A stretch of 64,000 nt of DNA, taken from positions 6,773,097 through 6,837,096 of the forward strand of contig CM082598.2 of the NCBI GenBank assembly GCA_040954595.2, read 5' to 3'. The DNA is from Balanoglossus misakiensis. Lineage: Eukaryota; Animalia; Hemichordata. Positions 42,501 through 55,216 of this stretch are shown here, in pieces (the stretch's first letter is position 1; each line of letters begins with the position of its first letter). Both the position numbers and the translations under genes were made by a program. The notes beneath the pieces are model-generated. The model did not search any database. It worked only from the letters and a program-made list of their open reading frames with translations, and had not been told where the DNA came from.

Positions 42501-45500
42501 GCTCGCAAACTGTGTTATTGGAATTCTCGGGTCTCACAATCTGTGTTATGGGAATTCTCGGGGCTCACAAACTGTGTTATGGGAATTCTCGGGGCTCACA
42601 AACTGTGTCATGGGAATTCTCGGGTCTCACAATCTGTGTCATGGGAATTCTCGGGGCTCACAAACTGTGTTATGGGAATTCTCGGGGCTCGCTAACTGTG
42701 TTATGGGAATTCTTGGGGCTCACAAACTGTGTTAAGGGAATTCTCGGGGCTCACAAACTGTGTCATGGGAATTCTCGGGGCTCACAAACTGTGTGATGGG
42801 AATTCTCGGGGCTCACAAACTGTGTGATGGGAATTCTCGGGGCTCACAAACTGTGTTATGGGAATTCTCGGGGCTCACAAACTGTGTTCTCGGGGCTCAC
42901 AAACTGTGTTATGGGAATTCTTGGGGCTCACAAACTGTGTTATAGGAATTCTCGGGGCTCACAAACTGTGTTCTCGGGGCTCACAAACTGTGTTATGGGA
43001 ATTCTTGGGGCTCACAAACTGTGTTATAGGAATTCTCGGGGCTCACAAACTGTGTTCTCGGGGCTCACAAACTGTGTTATAGGAATTCTCGGGGCTCACA
43101 AACTGTGTTATAGGAATTCTCGGGGCTCACAAACTGTGTAATGGGAATTCTCGGGGCTCGCAAACTGTGTTATGGGAATTCTCGGGGCTCACAAACTGTG
43201 TTATGGGAATTCTCGGGGCTCACAAACTGTGTTATAGGAATTCTCGGGGCTCACAAACTGTGTTATGGGAATTCTCGGGGTTCGCAAACTGTGTTATGGG
43301 AATTCTCGGGGCTCACAAACTGTGTTATGGGAATTCTTGGGGCTCACAAACTGTGTTATGGGAATTCTCGGGGCTCACAAACTGTGTTATGGGAATTCTC
43401 GGGGCTCGCAAACTGTGTTATGGGAATTCTTGGGGCTCACAAACTGTGTTATGGGAATTCTCGGGGCTCACAAACTGTGTTATAGGAATTCTCGGGGCTC
43501 ACAAACTGTGTTATGGGAATTCTCGGGGCTCACAAACTGTGTTATAGGAATTCTCGGGGCTCACAAACTGTGTTCTCGGGGCTCGCAAACTGTGTTATGG
43601 GAATTCTCGGGGCTCACAAACTGTGTTATGGGAATTCTCGGGGCTCACAAACTGTGTTATAGGAATTCTCGGGGCTCACAAACTGTGTTCTCGGGGCTCA
43701 CAAACTGTGTTATGGGAATTCTCGGGGCTCACAAACTGTGTTATGGGAATTCTCGGGGCTCACAAACTGTGTTATAGGAATTCTCGGGGCTCACAAACTG
43801 TGTTCTCGGGGCTCGCAAACTGTGTTATGGGAATTCTCGGGGCTCACAAACTGTGTTATGGGAATTCTCGGGGCTCACAAACTGTGTTATAGGAATTCTC
43901 GGGGCTCACAAACTGTGTTCTCGGGGCTCGCAAACTGTGTTATGGGAATTCTTGGGGCTCAAAAACTGTGTTATGGGAATTCTCGGGGCTCGCAAACTGT
44001 GTTATGGGAATTCTCGGGGCTCACAAACTGTGTTATGGGAATTCTTGGGGCTCACAAACTGTGTTATGGGAATTCTCGGGGCTCACAAACTGTGTTATGG
44101 GAATTCTCGGGGCTCGCAAACTGTGTTATGGGAATTCTCGGGGCTCACAAACTGTGTTCTCGGGGCTCGCAAACTGTGTTATGGGAATTCTCGGGGCTCA
44201 CAAACTGTGTCATGGGAATTCTCGGGGCTCACAAACTGTGTGATGGGAATTCTCGGGGCTCGCAAACTGTGTTATGGGAATTCTCGGGGCTCGCAAACTG
44301 TGTTATGGGAATTCTTGGGGCTCACAAACTGTGTTATGGGAATTCTCGGGGCTCACAAACTGTGTTATGGGAATTCTCGGGGCTCGCAAACTGTGTTATG
44401 GGAATTATCGGGGCACACAAACTGTGTTATGGGAATTCTCGGGGCTCGCAAACTGTGTTATGGGAATTCTCGGGGCTCGCAAACTGAGTTATGGGAATTC
44501 TCGGGGCTCACAAACTGTGTTATGGGAATTCTTGGGGCTCACAAACTGTGTTATAGGAATTCTCGGGGCTCACAAACTGTGTTCTCGGGGCTCACAAACA
44601 GTGTTATAGGAATTCTCGGGGCTCACAAACTGTGTTATAGGAATTCTCGGGGCTCACAAACTGTGTTATGGGAATTCTCGGGGCTCATAAACTGTGTTAT
44701 GGGAATTCTTGGGGCTCACAAACTGTGTTATGGGAATTCTCGGGGCTCACAAACTGTGTGATGGGAATTCTCGGGGCTCACAAACTGTGTTATGGGAATT
44801 CTCGGGGCTCACAAACTGTGTTATAGGAATTCTCGGGGCTCACAAACTGTGTTATGGGAATTCTTGGGGCTCACAAACTGTGTTATGGGAATTCTCGGGG
44901 CTCACAAACTGTGTTATAGGAATTCTCGGGGCTCGCAAACTGTGTTATGGGAATTCTTGGGGCTCACAAACTGTGTTATAGGAATTCTCGGGGCTCGCAA
45001 ACTGTGTTAGGGGAATTCTCGGGGCTCACAAACTGTGTTATGGGAATTCTCGGGGCTCACAATCTTTGTTATGGGAATTCTCGGGTCTCACAATCTGTGT
45101 CATGGGAATTCTCGGGGCTCACAAACTGTGTTATGGGAATTCTCGACGCTCACAAACTGTGTTATGGGAATTCTCGGGGCTCGCAAACTGTGTTATGGGA
45201 ATTCTTGGGGCTCACAAACTGTGTTATGGGAATTCTCGGGGCTCACAAACTGTGTTATGGGAATTCTCGGGGCTCGCAAACTGTGTTATGGGAATTATCG
45301 GGGCACACAAACTGTGTTATGGGAATTCTCGGGGCTCGCAAACTGTGTTATGGGAATTCTCGGGGCTCGCAAACTGAGTTATGGGAATTCTCGGGGCTCA
45401 CAAACTGTGTTATGGGAATTCTTGGGGCTCACAAACTGTGTTATAGGAATTCTCGGGGCTCACAAACTGTGTTCTCGGGGCTCACAAACTGTGTTATAGG

Positions 45501-48500
45501 AATTCTCGGGGCTCACAAACTGTGTTATAGGAATTCTCGGGGCTCACAAACTGTGTTATGGGAATTCTCGGGGCTCATAAACTGTGTTATGGGAATTCTT
45601 GGGGCTCACAAACTGTGTTATGGGAATTCTCGGGGCTCACAAACTGTGTGATGGGAATTCTCGGGGCTCACAAACTGTGTTATGGGAATTCTCGGGGCTC
45701 ACAAACTGTGTTATAGGAATTCTCGGAGCTCACAAACTGTGTTATGGGAATTCTTGGGGCTCACAAACTGTGTTATGGGAATTCTCGGGGCTCACAAACT
45801 GTGTTATAGGAATTCTCGGGGCTCGCAAACTGTGTTATGGGAATTCTTGGGGCTCACAAACTGTGTTATAGGAATTCTCGGGGCTCGCAAACTGTGTTAG
45901 GGGAATTCTCGGGGCTCACAAACTGTGTTATGGGAATTCTCGGGGCTCACAATCTTTGTTATGGGAATTCTCGGGTCTCACAATCTGTGTCATGGGAATT
46001 CTCGGGGCTCACAAACTGTGTTATGGGAATTCTCGACGCTCACAAACTGTGTTATAGGAATTCTCGGGGCTGACAAACTGTGTTATGGGAATTCTCGGGG
46101 CTCACAAACTGTGTCATGGGAATTCTCGGGGCTCACAAACTGTGTTATGGGAATTGTCGGGGCTCACAAACTGTGTTATGGGAATTCTCGGGGCTCACAA
46201 TCTGTGTCATGGGAATTCTCGGGGCTCACAAACTGTGTTATAGGAATTCTCGGGCCCACAAACTGTGTCATGGGAATTCTCGGGGCTCACAAACTGTGTT
46301 ATGGGAATTCTCGGGGCTCACAAACTGTGTTATGGGAATTCTCGGGGCTCACAAACTGTGTTATGGGAATTCTCGGGGCTCACAAACTGTGTTATAGGAA
46401 TTCTCGGGGCTCACAATCTGTGTTATGGGAATTCTCGGGGCTCACAAACTGTGTCATGGGAATTCTTGGGGCTCGCAAACTGTGTTATGGGAATTCTTGG
46501 GGCTCACAAACTGTGTTATGGGAATTCTCGGGGCTCACAAACTGTGTTATGGGAATTCTCGGGGCTCACAAACTGTGTTATGGGAATTCTTGGGGCTCAC
46601 AAACTGTGTTATGGGAATTCTCGGGGCTCACGAACTGTGTTATGAGAATTCTCGGGGCTCACAAACTGTGTCATGGGAATTCTCGGGGCTCACGAACTGT
46701 GTTATGAGAATTCTCGGGGCTCACAAACTGTGTGATGGGAATTCTCGGGGCTCACGAACTGTGTTATGGGAATTCTCGGGGCTCACAAACTGTGTTATGG
46801 GAATTCTCGGGGCTCACGAACTGTGTTATGGGAATTCTCGGGGCTCACAAACTGTGTTATGGGAATTCTTGGGGTTCACAAACTGTGTCATGGGAATTCT
46901 CGGGGCTCACAAACTGTGTGATGGGAATTCTCGGGGCTCACAAACTGTGTTATGGGAATTCTCGGGGCTCACAAACTGTGTTATGGTAATTCTAGGGGCT
47001 CACAAACTGTGTTATAGGAATTCTCGGGGCTGACAAACTGTGTTATGGGAATTCTCGGGGCTCACAAACTGTGTCATGGGAATTCTCGGGGCTCACAAAC
47101 TGTGTTATGGGAATTGTCGGGGCTCACAAACTGTGTTATGGGAATTCTCGGGGCTCACAATCTGTGTCATGGGAATTCTCGGGGCTCACAAACTGTGTTA
47201 TAGGAATTCTCGGGCCCACAAACTGTGTCATGGGAATTCTCGGGGCTCACAAACTGTGTTATGGGAATTATCGGGGCTCACAAACTGTGTTATGGGAATT
47301 CTCGGGGCTCACAAACTGTGTTATGGGAATTCTCGGGGCTCACAAACTGTGTTATAGGAATTCTCGGGGCTCACAATCTGTGTTATGGGAATTCTCGGGG
47401 CTCACAAACTGTGTCATGGGAATTCTCGGGGCTCGCAAACTGTGTTATGGGAATTCTTGGGGCTCACAAACTGTGTTATGGGAATTCTCGGGGCTCACAA
47501 ACTGTGTTATGGGAATTCTCGGGGCTCACAAACTGTGTTATGGGAATTCTTGGGGCTCACAAACTGTGTTATGGGAATTCTCGGGGCTCACGAACTGTGT
47601 TATGAGAATTCTCGGGGCTCACAAACTGTGTCATGGGAATTCTCGGGGCTCACGAACTGTGTTATGAGAATTCTCGGGGCTCACAAACTGTGTGATGGGA
47701 ATTCTCGGGGCTCACGAACTGTGTTATGGGAATTCTCGGGGCTCACGAACTGTGTTATGGGAATTCTCGGGGCTCACAAACTGTGTTATGGGAATTCTCG
47801 GGGCTCACGAACTGTGTTATGGGAATTCTCGGGGCTCACAAACTGTGTTATGGGAATTCTTGGGGCTCACAAACTGTGTCATGGGAATTCTCGGGGCTCA
47901 CAAACTGTGTGATGGGAATTCTCGGGGCTCACAAACTGTGTTATGGGAATTCTCGGGGCTCACAAACTGTGTTATGGTAATTCTTGGGGCTCACAAACTG
48001 TGATATGGGAATTCTCGGGGCTCACAAACTGTGTGATGGGAATTCTCGGGGCTCACGAACTGTGTTATGGGAATTCTTGGGGCTCACAAACTGTGTTATA
48101 GGAATTCTCGGGCTCACAAACTGTGTCATGGGAATTCTCGGGGCTCACAAACTGTGTTATGGGAATTCTCGGGGCTCGCAAACTGTGTTATGGGAATTAT
48201 CGGGGCACACAAACTGTGTTATGGGAATTCTCGGGGCTCGCAAACTGTGTTATGGGAATTCTCGGGGCTCGCAAACTGAGTTATGGGAATTCTCGGGGCT
48301 CACAAACTGTGTTATGGGAATTCTTGGGGCTCACAAACTGTGTTATAGGAATTCTCGGGGCTCACAAACTGTGTTCTCGGGGCTCACAAACTGTGTTATA
48401 GGAATTCTCGGGGCTCACAAACTGTGTTATAGGAATTTTCGGGGCTCACAAACTGTGTTATGGGAATTCTCGGGGCTCATAAACTGTGTTATGGGAATTC

Positions 48501-51092
48501 TTGGGGCTCACAAACTGTGTTATGGGAATTCTCGGGGCTCACAAACTGTGTGATGGGAATTCTCGGGGCTCACAAACTGTGTTATGGGAATTCTCGGGGC
48601 TCACAAACTGTGTTATAGGAATTCTCGGGGCTCACAAACTGTGTTATGGGAATTCTTGGGGCTCACAAACTGTGTTATGGGAATTCTCGGGGCTCACAAA
48701 CTGTGTTATAGGAATTCTCGGGGCTCGCAAACTGTGTTATGGGAATTCTTGGGGCTCACAAACTGTGTTATAGGAATTCTCGGGGCTCGCAAACTGTGTT
48801 AGGGGAATTCTCGGGGCTCACAAACTGTGTTATGGGAATTCTCGGGGCTCACAATCTTTGTTATGGGAATTCTCGGGTCTCACAATCTGTGTCATGGGAA
48901 TTCTCGGGGCTCACAAACTGTGTTATGGGAATTCTCGACGCTCACAAACTGTGTTATAGGAATTCTCGGGGCTGACAAACTGTGTTATGGGAATTCTCGG
49001 GGCTCACAAACTGTGTCATGGGAATTCTCGGGGCTCACAAACTGTGTTATGGGAATTGTCGGGGCTCACAAACTGTGTTATGGGAATTCTCGGGGCTCAC
49101 AATCTGTGTCATGGGAATTCTCGGGGCTCACAAACTGTGTTATAGGAATTCTCGGGCCCACAAACTGTGTCATGGGAATTCTCGGGGCTCACAAACTGTG
49201 TTATGGGAATTCTCGGGGCTCACAAACTGTGTTATGGGAATTCTCGGGGCTCACAAACTGTGTTATGGGAATTCTCGGGGCTCACAAACTGTGTTATGGG
49301 AATTCTTGGGGCTCACAAACTGTGTTATGGGAATTCTCGGGGCTCACGAACTGTGTTATGAGAATTCTCGGGGCTCACAAACTGTGTCATGGGAATTCTC
49401 GGGGCTCACGAACTGTGTTATGAGAATTCTCGGGGCTCACAAACTGTGTGATGGGAATTCTCGGGGCTCACGAACTGTGTTATGGGAATTCTCGGGGCTC
49501 ACAAACTGTGTTATGGGAATTCTCGGGGCTCACGAACTGTGTTATGGGAATTCTCGGGGCTCACAAACTGTGTTATGGGAATTCTTGGGGTTCACAAACT
49601 GTGTCATGGGAATTCTCGGGGCTCACAAACTGTGTGATGGGAATTCTCGGGGCTCACAAACTGTGTTATGGGAATTCTCGGGGCTCACAAACTGTGTTAT
49701 GGTAATTCTAGGGGCTCACAAACTGTGTTCTCGGGGCTCACAAACTGTGTTATAGGAATTCTCGGGGCTCACAAACTGTGTTATAGGAATTTTCGGGGCT
49801 CACAAACTGTGTTATGGGAATTCTCGGGGCTCATAAACTGTGTTATGGGAATTCTTGGGGCTCACAAACTGTGTTATGGGAATTCTCGGGGCTCACAAAC
49901 TGTGTGATGGGAATTCTCGGGGCTCACAAACTGTGTTATGGGAATTCTCGGGGCTCACAAACTGTGTTATAGGAATTCTCGGGGCTCACAAACTGTGTTA
50001 TGGGAATTCTTGGGGCTCACAAACTGTGTTATGGGAATTCTCGGGGCTCACAAACTGTGTTATAGGAATTCTCGGGGCTCGCAAACTGTGTTATGGGAAT
50101 TCTTGGGGCTCACAAACTGTGTTATAGGAATTCTCGGGGCTCGCAAACTGTGTTAGGGGAATTCTCGGGGCTCACAAACTGTGTTATGGGAATTCTCGGG
50201 GCTCACAATCTTTGTTATGGGAATTCTCGGGTCTCACAATCTGTGTCATGGGAATTCTCGGGGCTCACAAACTGTGTTATGGGAATTCTCGACGCTCACA
50301 AACTGTGTTATAGGAATTCTCGGGGCTGACAAACTGTGTTATGGGAATTCTCGGGGCTCACAAACTGTGTCATGGGAATTCTCGGGGCTCACAAACTGTG
50401 TTATGGGAATTGTCGGGGCTCACAAACTGTGTTATGGGAATTCTCGGGGCTCACAATCTGTGTCATGGGAATTCTCGGGGCTCACAAACTGTGTTATAGG
50501 AATTCTCGGGCCCACAAACTGTGTCATGGGAATTCTCGGGGCTCACAAACTGTGTTATGGGAATTCTCGGGGCTCACAAACTGTGTTATGGGAATTCTCG
50601 GGGCTCACAAACTGTGTTATGGGAATTCTCGGGGCTCACAAACTGTGTTATGGGAATTCTTGGGGCTCACAAACTGTGTTATGGGAATTCTCGGGGCTCA
50701 CGAACTGTGTTATGAGAATTCTCGGGGCTCACAAACTGTGTCATGGGAATTCTCGGGGCTCACGAACTGTGTTATGAGAATTCTCGGGGCTCACAAACTG
50801 TGTGATGGGAATTCTCGGGGCTCACGAACTGTGTTATGGGAATTCTCGGGGCTCACAAACTGTGTTATGGGAATTCTCGGGGCTCACGAACTGTGTTATG
50901 GGAATTCTCGGGGCTCACAAACTGTGTTATGGGAATTCTTGGGGTTCACAAACTGTGTCATGGGAATTCTCGGGGCTCACAAACTGTGTGATGGGAATTC
51001 TCGGGGCTCACAAACTGTGTTATGGGAATTCTCGGGGCTCACAAACTGTGTTATGGTAATTCTAGGGGCTCACAAACTGTGTTATAGGAATT
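24533..51092. repeat. Satellite B, left block: 31-bp tandem repeat GGGAATTCTCGGGGCTCACAAACTGTGTTAT, about 850 copies
   Basis: The 31-bp period is directly visible, with an EcoRI site in most units. Point variants recur, along with 30-bp and 22-bp deletion units. Confidence 0.99.
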
Positions 51093-51167
51093 CTATGGAA
51101 AGCCGTGGCTGTCTTAAGTGACATAAAATTATGTTGACATGGGGATTCTTTATATAATGATGTGCAT

Positions 51168-52100
51168 ACGTTATAAGGTGATGGGCATACGTTATAAGGT
51201 AATGCACATACGTTATAAGGTGATGGGCATACGTTATAAGGTGATGCGCATACTTTATAAGGTGATGGGCATACGTTATAAGGTGATGGGCATACGTTAT
51301 AAGGTGATGCACATACGTTATAAGGTGATGGGCATACGTTATAAGGTGATGTGCATGCGGTATAAGGTGATGGGCATACGTTATAAGGGGATGGGCATAC
51401 GTTATAAGGTGATGCGCATGCGGTATAAGGTGATGGGCACACTTTATACTGTGATGTTCTTGCGTTATAAGGTGATGCGCATAAGTTGAACGGTGATAGG
51501 CATACATAAGGTGATGGGCATAAGTTATAAGGTGATGTGAACACTTTATTAGGTGATGCGCATACGTTATAAGGTGATGTGAACACTTTATAAGGTGATG
51601 CGCTCACGTTATAAGGTGATGCGCATACGTTATAAGGTGATGCGCATGCGGTATAAGGTGATGGGCACACTTTATACTGTGATGTTCTTGCGTTATAAGG
51701 TGATGCGCATAAGTTGAACGGTGATAGGCATACATAAGGTGATGGGCATAAGTTATAAGGTGATGTGAACACTTTATTAGGTGATGCGCATACGTTATAA
51801 GGTGATGTGAACACTTTATAAGGTGATGCGCTCACGTTATAAGGTGATGCGCATACGTTATAAGGTGATGCGCATGCGGTATAAGGTGATGGGCACACTT
51901 TATACTGTGATGTTCTTGCGTTATAAGGTGATGCGCATAAGTTGAACGGTGATAGGCATACATAAGGTGATGGGCATAAGTTATAAGGTGATGTGAACAC
52001 TTTATAAGGTGATGCGCATACGTTATAAGGTGATGCACATACGTTATAAGGTGATGCGCATACGTTATAAGGTGATGCGCATACGTTATAAGGTGATGGG
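51168..52100. repeat. 21-bp minisatellite (ACGTTATAAGGTGATGGGCAT) in the left foldback arm, with a 228-bp higher-order period
   Basis: The 21-bp periodicity is visible. The diagnostic variant AAGTTGAACGG occurs at 51483, 51711 and 51939 (228-bp spacing). Confidence 0.93.
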
Positions 52101-52510
52101 CATACGTCGTTATATGGTGTGGTTACGTAATAAGGTGATGGGCATACGTCGTTATATGGTGTGGTTACGTTATAAGGTGATGGGCATACGTCGTTATATG
52201 GTGTGGTTACGTTATAAGGTGATGGGCATACGTCGTTATATGGTGTGGTTACGTTATAAGGTGATGGGCATACGTCGTTATATGGTGTGGTTACGTAATA
52301 AGGTGATGGGCATACGTCGTTATATGGTGTGGTTACGTAATAAGGTGATGGGCATACGTCGTTATATGGTGTGGTTACGTTATAAGGTGATGGGCATACG
52401 TCGTTATATGGTGTGGTTACGTTATAAGGTGATGGGCATACGTCGTTATATGGTGTGGTTACGTTATAAGGTGATGGGCATACCTCTTATATGGTGTGGT
52501 TACGTCGTTA
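52083..52510. repeat. 42-bp minisatellite (ACGTTATAAGGTGATGGGCATACGTCGTTATATGGTGTGGTT), about 10 copies, left arm
   Basis: Direct reading; the repeat translates as the 14-aa period RYKVMGIRRYMVWL. Confidence 0.93.
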
Positions 52511-52513
52511 TTA

Positions 52514-53320
52514 GGCTGCATTCACAAACACCTCTGGAGGGGGGGGCAGGAGAATTGAGTGGGGGATTTGAAAAAATTGAGGGTATGTGAGGGGGGGATT
52601 TGAAATATTTTAGGGACTGAAAGGGGGGGACTTTAAAACTTTAACGACTAAATATTTATTTTGAGTCCACAAAAATGCAGTTTCGCGCCCTTTATTTTAC
52701 AAAATTTTCTCATGTGGGAGGGGGACACCCCCTCCCACACCCACCCCCTCCATTCATCAACACCTTTCAATCATTGACTGGTTTATCTAGTGTCCCAGGT
52801 CAGGGGACTTGCCCCACCCCATGATAACTTTGAGCGCCGACGGTTAAATTTGTCCTCCCCAACATACCTGTAGTTGAGTTAATTTGATTTTGCCGGGTTC
52901 ATTAAAATGCAGCTTTGAGCTCTGTATTTTAGAAAATTTTCTTACGTGGGAGGGGGACACCCCCTCCCAAACCCACCCCCTTCAATTCTCGGTTTACAAA
53001 GTCTCCAAACACAGAATACAAATATATGTACTTAAAAAATAAAAACAATGTTCAGTTTTAATACCCACTGATGAGGGGAAACATCAGTTTCAAATTCTTT
53101 TCATGGGAGCGCTGTTTTTCTTTTTACAATGTACAAGATAGATAGGTGATGTGTTTTGCTCTGTGAAAGACAATGGGGGGGGGGGGATTTCAAAATTTTG
53201 GCAGTTCGGAAGGGGGGGATTTGAAAATATTGGCAGTTCGGAAGGGGGGCATGTGAAAATTAGCGGTAAAAAAAATTGAATTCTCCCCCCCCCCCTCCAG
53301 AGGTGTTTGTGAATGCAGCC
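52514..53320. mobile_element. 807-bp PIF/Harbinger-like MITE nested in the left foldback arm
   Basis: TTA duplication at 52511-52513 and 53321-53323. The TIR GGCTGCATTCACAAACACCTCTGGAGGGGGGG is mirrored at ~53288-53320. The opposite arm has the uninterrupted site (reverse complement GTCGTTATTAGCTGTGG at ~54114-54130). A TWA TSD with GGC termini is typical of PIF/Harbinger. Confidence 0.9.
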
Positions 53321-54125
53321 TTAGCTGTGGAAACGCAGCTGTTCCGCCTGGGGGATATGCAAATTACCCTGTGTGTCCCGGATGTTCAAACATTTAGTAA
53401 CACATGCACACATGGTTGTAATGTTGGCCTTACCCTCATCCTCATATTCGCCAGCCTCATCCTCATATCATCCTCAGCTTCGTGACCTTAGGAAGATTAA
53501 TAACAATCCGTCATTGGCGATTCGTTAAACTTAAAGATAATATTTAAATATTATCATTTCTTTCACTGACTTGGATAAATGTAAATACGGATACGACTTC
53601 TGTTTTTAAATGCTTTATAGCAGCGAATAAGAAACTCCCGAGAGAAAATTGCTTCGAGGTCAAAGTTTATTGCAAATGTCCAAACAGTCGAGTCGAGACT
53701 GAACGATCAGCAAATAGAACAAATAGAGTCAAAATAAGAAATCCAATCAATTATTTAGACTATCCCATGAAAATACTTTATCTATATTGGTTTCGCTTTT
53801 TTTAGATCACATCAAATATCCGAAATTCACGATAATTTTTTTATTGACATGTTTTTGCAATAACCTTTGACCTTGAAGCAATTTTCTCTCGTGAGTTTCT
53901 TATTCCCTGCTATAAAGCATTTAAAAACCAGTCGTATCCGTATTTACATTTATCCAAGTCAGTGAAAGAAATGATAATATTTAAATATTATCGTAAAGTT
54001 TTACGAATCGCCGATGACGGATTGTTATTAATCTTCCTAAGGTCACGAAGCTGAGGATGATATGAGGATGACGCAGGGTAATTTGCATATCCCCCAGGCG
54101 GAACAGCTGCGTTTCCACAGCTAAT
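53321..54125. repeat. Inner non-tandem inverted repeat of the foldback element (~270 bp aligned) around a ~180-bp AT-rich loop (~53677-53853)
   Basis: CTGTGGAAACGCAGCTGTTCCGCCTGGGGG...TTATTGCAAA on the left is mirrored on the right with scattered substitutions. The left copy has ~85 bp extra (~53372-53456). Confidence 0.92.
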
Positions 54126-55140
54126 AACGACGTAACCACACCATATAACGACGTATGCCCATAACCTTATAACGTAAGCGCATCACCTTATAACGTAAGC
54201 ACATCACCTTATAAAGTGTCCGCATCACCCTATAACATAAGAGCATTACCTTATAACGTAACCACACCATATAAGGACGTATGCCCATCACCTTATAACG
54301 TAACCACACCATATAACCACGTATGCCCATCACCTTATAACGTACCCACACCATATAACGATGTATGCCCATCACCTTATAACGTAACCACACCATATAA
54401 CGACGTATGCCCATCACCTTATAACGTAACCACACCATATAACGGCGTATGCCCATCACCTTATAACGTAACCACACCATATAACGACGTATGCCCATCA
54501 CCTTATAACGTAACCACACCATATAACGACGTATGCCCATCACCTTATAACGTAACCACACCATATAACGACGTATGCCCATCACCTTATAACGTAACCA
54601 CACCATATAACGACGTATGCCCATCACCTTATAACGTAACCACACCATATAACGACGTATGCCCATCACCTTATAACGTAACCACACCATATAACGACGT
54701 ATGCCCATCACCTTATAACGTAACCACACCATATAACGACGTATGCCCATCACCTTATAACGTAACCACACCATATAATGACGTATGCCCATCACCTTAT
54801 AACGTAACCACACCATATAACGACGTATGCCCATCACCTTATAACGTAACCACACCATATAACGACGTATGCCCATCACCTTATAACGTAACCACACCAT
54901 ATAACGACGTATGCCCATCACCTTATAACGTAACCACACCATATAATGATGTATGCCCATCACCTTATAACGTAACCACACCATATAATGACGTATGCCC
55001 ATCACCTTATAACGTAACCACACCATATAATGACGTATGCCCATCACCTTATAACGTAACCACACCATATAATGACGTATGCCCATCACCTTATAACGTA
55101 ACCACACCATATAATGACGTATGCCCATCACCTTATAACG
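54126..55140. repeat. 42-bp minisatellite in inverted orientation (about 21 copies, plus a few 21-mers at the inner end), right foldback arm
   Basis: The unit AACCACACCATATAACGACGTATGCCCATCACCTTATAACGT is the reverse complement of the left-arm 42-mer. Confidence 0.95.
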
Positions 55141-55216
55141 TATGCACATCATTATATAAAGAATCCCCATGTCAACATAATTTTATGTCACTTAAGACAG
55201 CCACGGCTTTCCATAG

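Larger units (their letters stand above)
51093..55216. mobile_element. 4124-bp non-coding foldback-type DNA transposon with long modular inverted arms and AATT (or GAATTC) target duplication
   Basis: 51093-51192 (CTATGGAAAGCCGTGGCTGTCTTAAGTGAC...) is the exact reverse complement of 55117-55216. AATT lies at 51089-51092 and 55217-55220. The inner arms ~53321-53676 and ~53854-54125 are also inverted. An empty paralogous site is at ~46991-47040. Confidence 0.93.

Noticed and set aside
51131-51152. Foldback terminus ATGTTGACATGGGGATTCTTT resembles satellite A ATGTTGACATGGAATGTGATTCTTT (~7846)
   Set aside because: It is only a 12-bp exact match to one monomer variant in AT-rich DNA, with no extension, so chance is likely.
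53276-53485. 69-aa ORF with a hydrophobic C-terminus
   Set aside because: It spans the MITE TIR/foldback junction and starts at a non-ATG codon next to a poly-C tract, so it is a chimeric chance ORF.
51114-55195. Alternative element boundaries at the TTAA sites inside the foldback termini (piggyBac/Kolobok-type reading)
   Set aside because: The 21 bp outside each TTAA are themselves inverted repeats and are absent from the empty site, so they belong to the element.
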